IMG/VR virus record: IMGVR_UViG_3300005931_000055
Location: 1 to 31,242 of that record
DNA from: a virus
Taxonomy: Duplodnaviria; Caudoviricetes
Reading direction: 5' to 3' (one strand)
DNA: 31,242 nucleotides
Shown: in pieces, positions 7,427-15,542 of the stretch
How positions within the stretch are numbered: the stretch's first letter is position 1
Layout of the letters: each line of letters starts with the position of its first letter
Notes under the pieces: model-generated
Database searches by the model: none
What the model saw: only the letters and a program-made list of their open reading frames with translations
Told to the model about the DNA's origin: nothing
Program-made: the position numbers and the translations under genes

Positions 7427-7696
7427 ATGGAATACTTATTGAACAACATTCTTCCAATTATTTTAGGTGCAACACTAACTCTTATTGTGTCCATTATTGG
7501 CTCATTAGTTGTTTATTATGTTAAAGAAGCCGGCTCAGCTACAAAGAACAACACGCACGCGCTTATTAAACTTCAAGTTGAAATAGAACATTTAAGAAAA
7601 TCCATTCAAGAATTAAACAGACTTAAACCCGATGTAGATAAAGCTCATGAAAAACTTAGAGGTTTAGAAAATCGAATCAATGATTTTGAACAGTAA
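7427..7696 (+). CDS. Single-TM plus coiled-coil protein (holin/antiholin-like)
   Basis: N-terminal hydrophobic helix ILPIILGATLTLIVSIIGSLVVYYV then heptad-rich tail; lysis neighbourhood. Confidence 0.5.
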   Translation: MEYLLNNILPIILGATLTLIVSIIGSLVVYYVKEAGSATKNNTHALIKLQVEIEHLRKSIQELNRLKPDVDKAHEKLRGLENRINDFEQ

Positions 7697-7955
7697 CAAG
7701 TCCTAGGGCAAGACCTGATAAAAATATAATTATATTACTCTGGTAATCGTATTCTTTAATAAGACTTTGGTCTACTTGCTCACAATCTAATAGTAACATG
7801 CTGTTTTCTACATATTCCCTATAGTAAGGCTCTGGCATTAAAACCCCACTATAAGGAACTTCATTAAATTCATTAACATACTTAATTTTATTTTCTGCTA
7901 AGACGTTTATTCTCGGCATCAATAAGAGTATTAATATCAGTGTTTTTAACTTCAT
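7677..7955 (-). CDS. Exported/membrane protein, possible spanin-like component
   Basis: Signal peptide-like MKLKTLILILLLMPRINVLA and C-terminal hydrophobic IIIFLSGLALGLVTV; no lipobox Cys. Confidence 0.5.
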   Translation of the reverse strand: MKLKTLILILLLMPRINVLAENKIKYVNEFNEVPYSGVLMPEPYYREYVENSMLLLDCEQVDQSLIKEYDYQSNIIIFLSGLALGLVTVQNH

Positions 7956-8067
7956 TTTTAATTTGTCTCTTTTTCTTTAAATATGAAACACTACTTAGGA
8001 GAGTCTTTGCACCTAAGAAAATTAAACCTGTTAATGTAAGTATAAACAACACTTCAGTATATTTCAT
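7888..8067 (-). CDS. 59-aa N-terminal TM protein, possible i-spanin-like (below ORF-track cutoff)
   Basis: MKYTEVLFILTLTGLIFLGAKTLLSSVSYLKKKRQIKNEVKNTDINTLIDAENKRLSRK; TAATG overlap with holin-like stop; overlaps next ORF by 68 nt. Confidence 0.6.
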   Translation of the reverse strand: MKYTEVLFILTLTGLIFLGAKTLLSSVSYLKKKRQIKNEVKNTDINTLIDAENKRLSRK

Positions 8068-8270
8068 TATTTCTTTTTAACATTAGGTAAGCCAACAAAA
8101 TCATGCAGCTTTTTAAGTATTTGACCTAGTCTCTCTACAAAGCCGTCGTCTTTTTCAGTAGGTGTAAACCTAACTAATACCTCTAAACCCTCTACAACTA
8201 ACATTAAAGCTAGTATTAGATTGCCGCCATTCTCCATTAGCCAGTTTATAATCTCTTTAATTAAATCCAT
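8067..8270 (-). CDS. Holin-like small membrane protein
   Basis: Hydrophobic helix then VRFTPTEKDDGFV (TP..DD pattern of small phage holins), basic tail; AAGGA SD; adjacent to peptidase. Confidence 0.6.
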   Translation of the reverse strand: MDLIKEIINWLMENGGNLILALMLVVEGLEVLVRFTPTEKDDGFVERLGQILKKLHDFVGLPNVKKK

Positions 8271-8337
8271 ATATTATTCCTTAGTTTATATTGTTAACAT
8301 TAAACTAATTATCGGAAACATAAACAAAGGGCTTTAA

Positions 8338-8796
8338 ATGAATATCTGGGAAAAACTAAATCACTTCAATGTTAATGAGAACTGGGGAAAGCCTGAGAAA
8401 ATGGATAACAAACTACTAATTATTCTAGATGCCTTTAGAGAGCATATTGATTCACCTATTATTGTTACTTGTGGAAACCAAGGTAAACACTCAGCTAAGT
8501 CTTATCACTATGTAGAAAACGGCTCATGCGCTGTAGACATTGTGTTGCCATACTATAATGAAACGCTCTTTGATTTGTTTGTTGCTATTACTAGATTCAA
8601 TTTTAAAGGAGTAGGCTTTTACCCTGGCTGGCAATACCGGGGCAAGAAAGCTATTGGATTACATTTAGATACTAGACAGAAACTTGTGGGCTCGCGCTGG
8701 TTTCAACCTTTGGGATCAAAGGAATACTTACCTTTGTCTCTTCAGTCTCTTGAACAGCATGGTTTATCGGTATCTCAGCGTTATCATGATATATGA
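8338..8796 (+). CDS. Peptidase M15A-family Zn peptidase, probable endolysin
   Basis: LDAFREHIDSPIIVTCG, SYH...AVDI, GVGFY...LHLDTR (His, Asp, His Zn ligands). Confidence 0.85.
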   Translation: MNIWEKLNHFNVNENWGKPEKMDNKLLIILDAFREHIDSPIIVTCGNQGKHSAKSYHYVENGSCAVDIVLPYYNETLFDLFVAITRFNFKGVGFYPGWQYRGKKAIGLHLDTRQKLVGSRWFQPLGSKEYLPLSLQSLEQHGLSVSQRYHDI

Positions 8797-10024
8797 AACT
8801 AATTGCTTCAGGTCTCATTTGTGAGTTTGTCATAGCAACGTGTCTGCAAATATCACGAGCCTTTAACAAATGATTAATGTCATTGGTCTTTTTAAATAGA
8901 GCTCTAAAACAATGACTTAAATGTAATAGCGCAGTTGAATCATTCGGCTTTAACTGAATTGCAACATCGAGTTCTTTGATTGCTTTATCAAACTTTTCAT
9001 AGCGCATGTAAATATCAGCGGCCATTAAAACAATCACTACAGAATTAGGACACGCCTCTTTTGCTTTATCAATCCAACTCTTTTCTATTTCATCAATTCC
9101 AACTTTATGAAACTCAGCTCTATTCTTTTCATAATGATTTCTATAAGCATCTGGAAAATCAGCCCAGCATGAAATAGCTTCTTTAAACTTTTGATCAATA
9201 TAAAAATCAGCGGCTGATTTAGTTTGTTTTAAACAATTAGTTATATTCTCAGCCCCAGCATAAGCAGGTTCTTTTTTCATCAAACTATCGTTTCTTTTTA
9301 ATAGCCAAGTATGATCATATATAAAGTCGTTTTCTTTAACTATCTCTAGGCCACATTTATTAAGCAAAGTGTAAACGTTTTGTAAGCTCCATACGTTTAT
9401 GTGATTTGTATGGTAGTAATATTCTACGTCAAAACCAGCAGCTCCAAAGTTATTAAGTCTATTAAACCAGACAGGAATACTTAAATAAATAAAACCGTCT
9501 TTAGTTAAACACTCAGCATATCGTCTTAGTTCGTAATCTGGATCCATTTGATGTTCTAAAACTTTGTAACTACAAATTAGATCGTATTTTTTAGTATCAT
9601 CAAAGTCGTCTTTTAAGTCTATACCGTATTCATGAAAGGCGTTTCTCTTATAACTAGTAGTGATTTCTGTACCGGCTACGTCACAATTTTTAAGAGTCTT
9701 GCGCATCCAATTTAAAAATATCCCGTATGCACTTCCAACTTCAAATACACTTCTTTTCTTATCATCTTTATTCCACTTAGCTAATAGCTCACCTAAAAAA
9801 GCGTTGTGATAATTTAACTTAGTTTCTCCTGTGTATAGGTTTCCAACACTAGGCCTTGATCTATAGTCCTCTCTGTAAAAATCTATAATTTCTTGCTTTG
9901 TTTGGTACTTTTCAGGATAAGAAACAAACCCGCACTTAGTACACATACACATGCCCTCGGGTTTTATTCTGTATTCGTCCACGTTTTTCCAGTTTTCTTT
10001 TGAGTCACATATTGCGCATTTCAT
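8672..10024 (-). CDS. Class I SAM methyltransferase with N-terminal Zn ribbon and C-terminal TPRs
   Basis: CAIC...CTKC; VFEVGSAYG motif I; YDLICSYKVLEH; DGFIYLSIP; TPR-like AIKELDVAIQLKPND. Confidence 0.85.
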   Translation of the reverse strand: MKCAICDSKENWKNVDEYRIKPEGMCMCTKCGFVSYPEKYQTKQEIIDFYREDYRSRPSVGNLYTGETKLNYHNAFLGELLAKWNKDDKKRSVFEVGSAYGIFLNWMRKTLKNCDVAGTEITTSYKRNAFHEYGIDLKDDFDDTKKYDLICSYKVLEHQMDPDYELRRYAECLTKDGFIYLSIPVWFNRLNNFGAAGFDVEYYYHTNHINVWSLQNVYTLLNKCGLEIVKENDFIYDHTWLLKRNDSLMKKEPAYAGAENITNCLKQTKSAADFYIDQKFKEAISCWADFPDAYRNHYEKNRAEFHKVGIDEIEKSWIDKAKEACPNSVVIVLMAADIYMRYEKFDKAIKELDVAIQLKPNDSTALLHLSHCFRALFKKTNDINHLLKARDICRHVAMTNSQMRPEAISFIYHDNAEIPINHAVQETEETKVSIPLIPKVETSASPQVSV

Positions 10025-10036
10025 AATTAAGCTCCT

Positions 10037-10864
10037 TTAGATTATGCTTTTTATTTTATTTACTTTATCCATTAAATTCTTATATGCAATCGGTTCAATT
10101 GCTTGCTCTGCATCACTAAAACTATAATCAGGATTTTCGTGAACCTCACATAAAAGGCCATCGGCACCGGCAGCAATACCGGCTAAACTCATAGGTTCAA
10201 CCAAGTCACGGCGTCCAGTTCCATGAGAAGCATCTACTATTATAGGTATTTGAGTTAGAGCTTTAACAGCTGGTATCATACTAATACTAAGATCCCATCT
10301 AACATGGTTTAAATTGGTTACACCGCCACGTTCAATAATAACTATATCCTTAGCCCCATTAATTAATAAGTGCTCACAAGAGCCTAACAGTTCGTCGAGC
10401 GTTGCATTTGTTCCACGTTTTAAAAAGATTCTTTTACCAGAGCGTGCTATTCTTTTAAGCAAAGTATAGTTTTGCATAGACCTTGCCCCTATCTGATAAC
10501 AGCTACAATATTTTGAAATCAATTCCAAACTGTCTTCAGTATAGTCTAATACTTCTATTATATTTCTTAGACCGAAGGCCTCGGCCGCCTCGTGATAATG
10601 AGCAATTAACTCCTCTTCAACCCAACCAAAGTTATTACCTGGGTAAGTGCCAGCTCTAAACACGCCGCCTCTTAAATAGTTTGCTCCTAGCTCACTTACT
10701 ATCTTTGCCATTTTCCAAATTTGATGCTTGTTCTCAACCGAGCACGGGCCTGCTATTTTTATAAAATCATTGTCTACTTTTTCAAACTTTCTTACTCGGT
10801 CATACTTAGGTTTTGGTCCCCATGTTCTAATATCTCTGAAGTGTAAGCCATTTTTCGAAGTCAT
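10037..10864 (-). CDS. DAHP synthase type I-beta/KDO8P synthase family PEP-aldose condensing enzyme (divergent)
   Basis: IAGPCSVE, LRGG, QIGARSMQN, LKRG, ERG, IIVDASHGTG, AGADGLLCEVH, SDAEQ; KPRT motif replaced by RAGT. Confidence 0.92.
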   Translation of the reverse strand: MTSKNGLHFRDIRTWGPKPKYDRVRKFEKVDNDFIKIAGPCSVENKHQIWKMAKIVSELGANYLRGGVFRAGTYPGNNFGWVEEELIAHYHEAAEAFGLRNIIEVLDYTEDSLELISKYCSCYQIGARSMQNYTLLKRIARSGKRIFLKRGTNATLDELLGSCEHLLINGAKDIVIIERGGVTNLNHVRWDLSISMIPAVKALTQIPIIVDASHGTGRRDLVEPMSLAGIAAGADGLLCEVHENPDYSFSDAEQAIEPIAYKNLMDKVNKIKSII

Positions 10865-11198
10865 TATCTACATTCCTTTTTTTATGTAAGATTTCTTTTA
10901 CTCTGTCATTACTTAATACGTCTCTAGGTAAAGTGCCATGCTGCTTTCTATACATTCTCTTTAATGTCTTTTCAGCCGAGCGTTGCAATCTTATAAAAGT
11001 ATCTACAATAAAAGGAGTGCTTACTTTGTTTTTAACAGCTACTTGCATACCAACTTGTAAGCCATAAAATACGCTTACTATTGCAGTGTAGTTATTTTCA
11101 TACTCACTTTTTGTTAGAAACTTATTCCATTCATTGTAAGAATTATTAGCAATAAAATGAATTAAATCAATCTTAGGCCATTTCTTTTTCTGACTCAT
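10827..11198 (-). CDS. Hypothetical protein in glycan operon
   Basis: 123-aa ORF overlapping both neighbours. Confidence 0.7.
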   Translation of the reverse strand: MSQKKKWPKIDLIHFIANNSYNEWNKFLTKSEYENNYTAIVSVFYGLQVGMQVAVKNKVSTPFIVDTFIRLQRSAEKTLKRMYRKQHGTLPRDVLSNDRVKEILHKKRNVDNDFEKWLTLQRY

Positions 11199-12502
11199 AG
11201 GTGGGCACTCTCTATTTGTTGTTTAAGGATTTCTCTTTTTTCTAAATTGTTTTTACTTAATGACTTATCATGCTGCCTATAAAAAAACATAGGCTCCTCT
11301 AAGTAACCTATATCTAATTCCTTTTTAGCTTTTAAGAACCAGTCATAACCTTCAAATCCTGAAAGCTTTTCAGTAAACTTAATATGATTAATAGCTCTAG
11401 TCTTAAAGATAGCGCCGCCTACGTGATGCTGCTCATTACCTTTCTGTATTTTCTGGAATGATCCAAAGTAATTATCAGGATAAACAACGTCACAATCATC
11501 CTTAATGATCTTATTCATTAGAGTTTCAAGGGATTGATTGTTTACAAAATAGTCATCGGCATCAAGTCTTACTATGTATTTTGCTTGAGCATGTTTTAAA
11601 GCAATGTTTGAACTACTAGACAGACCTACGTTTTTTTGGTTTCTAATAATATCAATGTTCTTATATTTATAAGTTAGCTTACACGCCTTTTGAAAACTAT
11701 CGTCAGTGCTGCAATCGTCTATAAATATGAAATGTGTTTTATAAAATATGTTTTGATTTAATACTGAATGAATACATTTCTCTATGTAATCACTAGAGTT
11801 ATAACTACAAGTGTAGACTGTTAATAGTGGCATTTTATTAATCTTATTCACCCACCTAGACTTATCTAAAAATCTAATAACAGCTTTTAAGGATACGTTA
11901 TTGCCAAGTTTATTAAATATAATTTCTAATATCTTTAGGTCGTTTTTATAATCTATTAACAATCTATAATCAGACCTTAATTCCATTGGAACATAGAAGT
12001 GCAGTTTGTTTTTAGTAAGGTTCTTTACTGCATAACTAATGAACTCGACGTCGTTATATAATAGGGCTGCTTTTTTAATTAACTCAAAATCTATTATCTC
12101 GAATGCCGAGCCATCGGTAAACTTTGTGCTGTATAAATAATCGTGGCATCCCCCGTTGTAATCATATACAGCTTTAAGCAATGTCTTATAATCTACAAAA
12201 ATCTTATCATGTGTTACTCGTACTATTGTTTTTACTTTATATATTCTGGCCGCGTGAAACATTCTAGCCATTGGATCATGTTCATAACCTGTAAATATAG
12301 TTATGCCTTTAGATTCTAAATGCTTATAAAGGTGCTCTTCATTCTTTGGAATAGCCAATATTATAGGTATGTTTGAGGGTATTAGTCTGTCTATTAGATG
12401 CTCTAGTATAGGCTTTTGATTGATCTTTAAAAAGCATTTACCTGGCAGTCTTTTAGAACTAGCCCTACTACATAATATTATTGCTGTGTTTAAGAGTGCC
12501 AA
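11195..12502 (-). CDS. SpsF-like acylneuraminate-type cytidylyltransferase fused to a GT2 glycosyltransferase (TTG 12502 preferred start)
   Basis: N-domain SRASSKRLPGK, IVRVTHD, RLLIDYKNDL; C-domain YNSSDYIEKCIHSVLNQ, IDDCSTD, RLDADD, FFYRQH; GGAG 7 nt before TTG 12502. Confidence 0.9.
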   Translation of the reverse strand: MALLNTAIILCSRASSKRLPGKCFLKINQKPILEHLIDRLIPSNIPIILAIPKNEEHLYKHLESKGITIFTGYEHDPMARMFHAARIYKVKTIVRVTHDKIFVDYKTLLKAVYDYNGGCHDYLYSTKFTDGSAFEIIDFELIKKAALLYNDVEFISYAVKNLTKNKLHFYVPMELRSDYRLLIDYKNDLKILEIIFNKLGNNVSLKAVIRFLDKSRWVNKINKMPLLTVYTCSYNSSDYIEKCIHSVLNQNIFYKTHFIFIDDCSTDDSFQKACKLTYKYKNIDIIRNQKNVGLSSSSNIALKHAQAKYIVRLDADDYFVNNQSLETLMNKIIKDDCDVVYPDNYFGSFQKIQKGNEQHHVGGAIFKTRAINHIKFTEKLSGFEGYDWFLKAKKELDIGYLEEPMFFYRQHDKSLSKNNLEKREILKQQIESAHL

Positions 12503-12995
12503 ATGTGACTCCAGTGAAATTAAATGTATAACCATTAAGTTCTGATTTGTTTTTTATAATGTTGCTCATTGTTATAGGCAAAACACCAAAGTAAACCGAG
12601 CAAGAGTTTACGCTAAGAAACAATAAGCTTTCGGCTTTACTTTTAGCCATTACTTTTTTTGCTTTATGGAAGGGCAGAATTCTTTTGTTTCTTTCTATGG
12701 TGTTATCCGATCTGCTTTCTATTTTTATATTACCAAATTCATAATTTTTACTATGGTCTATTCTTGATATAGTTGGGTCTTTTCCTTTAAAGCTTTTAAT
12801 TTCTTCAAGCCACCAGCCTATGAATTCTCTTGAGCTGTACTTAACTTCAATTCCTTTTTCTCCATAGTATTTATACTTTTCTCTTTTTTTATTATAACAC
12901 CTTGTTCTTTGCTCTCTATAAGAAACATATGCGTTTTTTATAGGACCGTTTTCCATGTCGCTTGGGTTTAATAACTTTCCTTCGTATATACTCAT
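12468..12995 (-). CDS. Free-standing HNH-like homing endonuclease with NUMOD1-like C-terminus (ATG 12995 preferred)
   Basis: RTRCYN...YKYYGEKGIEV...TISRIDHSKNYEFGNI matches the phage RCYN..YGGRGI.V...TIDRID...Y...N family; TAATG overlap with upstream stop. Confidence 0.75.
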   Translation of the reverse strand: MSIYEGKLLNPSDMENGPIKNAYVSYREQRTRCYNKKREKYKYYGEKGIEVKYSSREFIGWWLEEIKSFKGKDPTISRIDHSKNYEFGNIKIESRSDNTIERNKRILPFHKAKKVMAKSKAESLLFLSVNSCSVYFGVLPITMSNIIKNKSELNGYTFNFTGVTFGTLKHSNNIM

Positions 12996-13927
12996 TACGA
13001 ACCCCACGGGTGCTTATAGTTTTTGTAAGACTCAAAACTTGAGCATGTTTTGCAAGGGTGGCTTTCAAAAGCTTTACCTGTTTTAAGATCTTTTCTTAAT
13101 GTCTTAATTTGATGTGAATTAAAGATTTCAGTTAAACTGCTTTCAGGATACTTGCCAATAATTAAACTGTTATCAATAGATGGACAGCACGGTTGGACAG
13201 CGCCATCATGATTAAGTATTAATCTTACGTGAGCCTGGAGACAAGATTGCCGCTCGGCTGTTCTCTCTTTATGTTTTAGATCGGTTAGGTCTTTGTTGAC
13301 TCTACCCTCTACCATATCTCTTATAGAAACTTGAGCTTCAGGCCAGCGTTTTTTTACTTCCCCATATATATCTTCATTTTTATTTAGACTAGTTCTAACC
13401 GCTTGGATTACTAACTGTGTCTTATCTCGGATAGGAAAATTATAAAACTTATCAATGTTCTTTGTGCTTAAATCATGATTACCTTTAGCTCTTTGCTTTT
13501 CAAATACATCTTTAATAAAGCTGTCATAGCTAACCTTTACTTTTGTCAGCGTGCACATTGCTATAAAGATATCGTCTTTGTTTGTATCGAACTTAAAGTT
13601 AGAATTTAAAATCCTATCAATGAAATTAAACTCAGAGCTGTATTCTACAATTTTAGAAAAGTAAGGATTCTGTGTTGCCTCGCCCCTGTAATTAAACTTA
13701 AGACTAGAAACTCCTATATGACTTGCCTCTTCAATTGCTCTTTTAGCTAATGCTAAATCCATAACCCCACGTTTAAAAGGTAGGTTCTTTGGGTCACTAT
13801 GATAGCAATAACCACAAGCCATATTACAGGCACTAGATAATTCAAGGGATAGGTCAACTGGCACTTTTAAAGGCAGTAGATTGCCATAACGATATTTCAG
13901 TCTGTACAAGGTGTTTGCTATATTCAT
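12995..13927 (-). CDS. Radical SAM protein with SPASM/twitch domain
   Basis: ELSSACNMACGYC (CxxxCxxC), RGEA, C-terminal CLQ...VQPCC...IG...CKTC. Confidence 0.93.
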   Translation of the reverse strand: MNIANTLYRLKYRYGNLLPLKVPVDLSLELSSACNMACGYCYHSDPKNLPFKRGVMDLALAKRAIEEASHIGVSSLKFNYRGEATQNPYFSKIVEYSSEFNFIDRILNSNFKFDTNKDDIFIAMCTLTKVKVSYDSFIKDVFEKQRAKGNHDLSTKNIDKFYNFPIRDKTQLVIQAVRTSLNKNEDIYGEVKKRWPEAQVSIRDMVEGRVNKDLTDLKHKERTAERQSCLQAHVRLILNHDGAVQPCCPSIDNSLIIGKYPESSLTEIFNSHQIKTLRKDLKTGKAFESHPCKTCSSFESYKNYKHPWGS

Positions 13928-13934
13928 AGTTTAG

Positions 13935-13964
13935 ATTGCACTATATGACTATATTAACTGTCAA
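13935..13964 (-). promoter_or_regulatory. Putative promoter of the glycan operon (TTGACA-18-TGCAAT), 7 nt from ATG 13927
   Basis: Perfect -35 at 13964-13959; tandem ATATAGT repeat in the spacer; no SD. Confidence 0.45.
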
Positions 13965-13967
13965 ACA

Positions 13968-14777
13968 CTAAGTTAAATCTTTAACTAAAAATGAGCCGTC
14001 CAACGCACAAGAGGTATCGCCAAATGAACCTACTGTGGCCGTTGCATACATTTGTATTCCAAAAAAGTTTTTACCAACGGCCACAGAGGCAACGGCGCTT
14101 ATAATGGTTGTAGGAATATAAACGTTGTAATTGTTACCGTTTTCTAAAATATGAGCTGTATGACTTATTGAGCTTATGGTGCTTAGTGTTGTAATTGTTA
14201 GGCCATACATGACATTAAACCTAAAAGCTACTACTGAAGCCGTTGGAGCTACTAAAAAAGAAAAGTTGTTTTCTGTACCGGAAAATTGAATGCCCTCAAA
14301 ACATACAGGCCCACCATACTTAGACCAATATTGAAAAGCAAAAGGAGTAAAAGAGCCCGTTCCATTTAAAGAACCGGACGTAGCTATGTTTGATAGTAGT
14401 ACATGCTTACCTATTGTTGCGGTATCGGATGAGGATCCAGTCACAACGGCAGGGCCTAGATAATCCCAGTTCATACCGTTAACGCCAAAATTACATGAGG
14501 TAATGCTATCTATAAATAGATCAAGCTCGGCAGCTGAAATTTGAAACTTAATAATATTACTACCCGACGTTTGATGAAAGTTAATATTGTTTGTATACGT
14601 CTCTCTCCAAGGATGTTCTGAAGTACCTAAGTCATAAGTTAAGTCTGAAACCGTTGCCGTTGCTTCAGTTATTGGTAACAAAGTACCTCTATGGTTAGAC
14701 AGATTATTATTTATTTCAGTAGCCTTGGCCTTGGTGCCAGCCACAAAAGTTGTGTACGCGGTTATTGTACTAGGCAT
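13968..14777 (-). CDS. Tail fibre/receptor-binding-like protein 2
   Basis: End of tail module; N-terminal ~58 aa nearly shared with 14805..15542 including DLG....WR; beta-rich Ser/Thr-rich C-terminus. Confidence 0.7.
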   Translation of the reverse strand: MPSTITAYTTFVAGTKAKATEINNNLSNHRGTLLPITEATATVSDLTYDLGTSEHPWRETYTNNINFHQTSGSNIIKFQISAAELDLFIDSITSCNFGVNGMNWDYLGPAVVTGSSSDTATIGKHVLLSNIATSGSLNGTGSFTPFAFQYWSKYGGPVCFEGIQFSGTENNFSFLVAPTASVVAFRFNVMYGLTITTLSTISSISHTAHILENGNNYNVYIPTTIISAVASVAVGKNFFGIQMYATATVGSFGDTSCALDGSFLVKDLT

Positions 14778-14804
14778 AAAATCCCCTTGTTATTTTAATC
14801 ATTA

Positions 14805-15542
14805 TTAAGACCACCCTACTATTGCTACTCTAAATTTTACAAAAATTATATCGTTTGTGGTCCATGTAAATGGAACTGTACTTGAAAGCAAAGCGTCAGC
14901 GCTTCTCGTATCGGCTAAGCGCAAATGGGTTGAGTTTGCAGCGTAGACTTTACCGGTGTATGAATTGGTACCAGCGTCACCCATACCCAAAGTTCCTACA
15001 GTACCGGCAAGACCTATTGCTTCATAGGTCCCATCAATTACCTCGGCACCTGGAATAGTCAAAAGAACGTCTCCAGTGATGCCTGAAGTACTTCCTAAAA
15101 CAAATTGCACAACGCCTACCATTTCTCGGCCCTCTCTATAATAACTGCCGCTTTGAATAGCATTGCCGACCGTAACACCGCTCCAAGCTGGCGTAAAAGT
15201 AACTGGCGTTCTGTCAACGGCACTTACTTTTGTTTCAGTACCGCTTGAGTTTAGTGCGTAAAAAAGGCCGTCGGTTTTTGAATACAAATTATAAGAGCCC
15301 GTTGTAGGATTAAGACTAGGAGTAGTAGCAAGACCTTGAAAATGAGCCTTGTTACCTAGAAATAAATCCCTCCATTGATATTCATCCGTGCCAAGATCGT
15401 AAGTATTATCAGTTGCGGTTGCGGTTGCTTCAGTGATCGGTACTAAGCTGCCTCTATGGTTAGACAAGTTAGCGTTTACCTCTGAAGATTTTATTAAATT
15501 ACCAGCAACAAAAGTTGTATATGCGGTTATAGTACTAGGCAT
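14805..15542 (-). CDS. Tail fibre/receptor-binding-like protein 1
   Basis: Same N-terminal anchor; LYSKTDGLFYALNSSGTE module; C-terminal FTPAWSG..VGNA...G.Y.R.G...PFTWTTND knob-like domain. Confidence 0.75.
   Translation of the reverse strand: MPSTITAYTTFVAGNLIKSSEVNANLSNHRGSLVPITEATATATDNTYDLGTDEYQWRDLFLGNKAHFQGLATTPSLNPTTGSYNLYSKTDGLFYALNSSGTETKVSAVDRTPVTFTPAWSGVTVGNAIQSGSYYREGREMVGVVQFVLGSTSGITGDVLLTIPGAEVIDGTYEAIGLAGTVGTLGMGDAGTNSYTGKVYAANSTHLRLADTRSADALLSSTVPFTWTTNDIIFVKFRVAIVGWS

Noticed and set aside
10037-10864. Shikimate-pathway auxiliary metabolic gene (aroF/aroG)
   Set aside because: KPRT motif altered, no other aro genes, neighbours are CMP-sugar and glycosyltransferase genes
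13968-15542. Diversity-generating retroelement or invertible fibre switch
   Set aside because: No reverse transcriptase or invertase; similarity is N-terminal, in direct orientation and not adenine-specific
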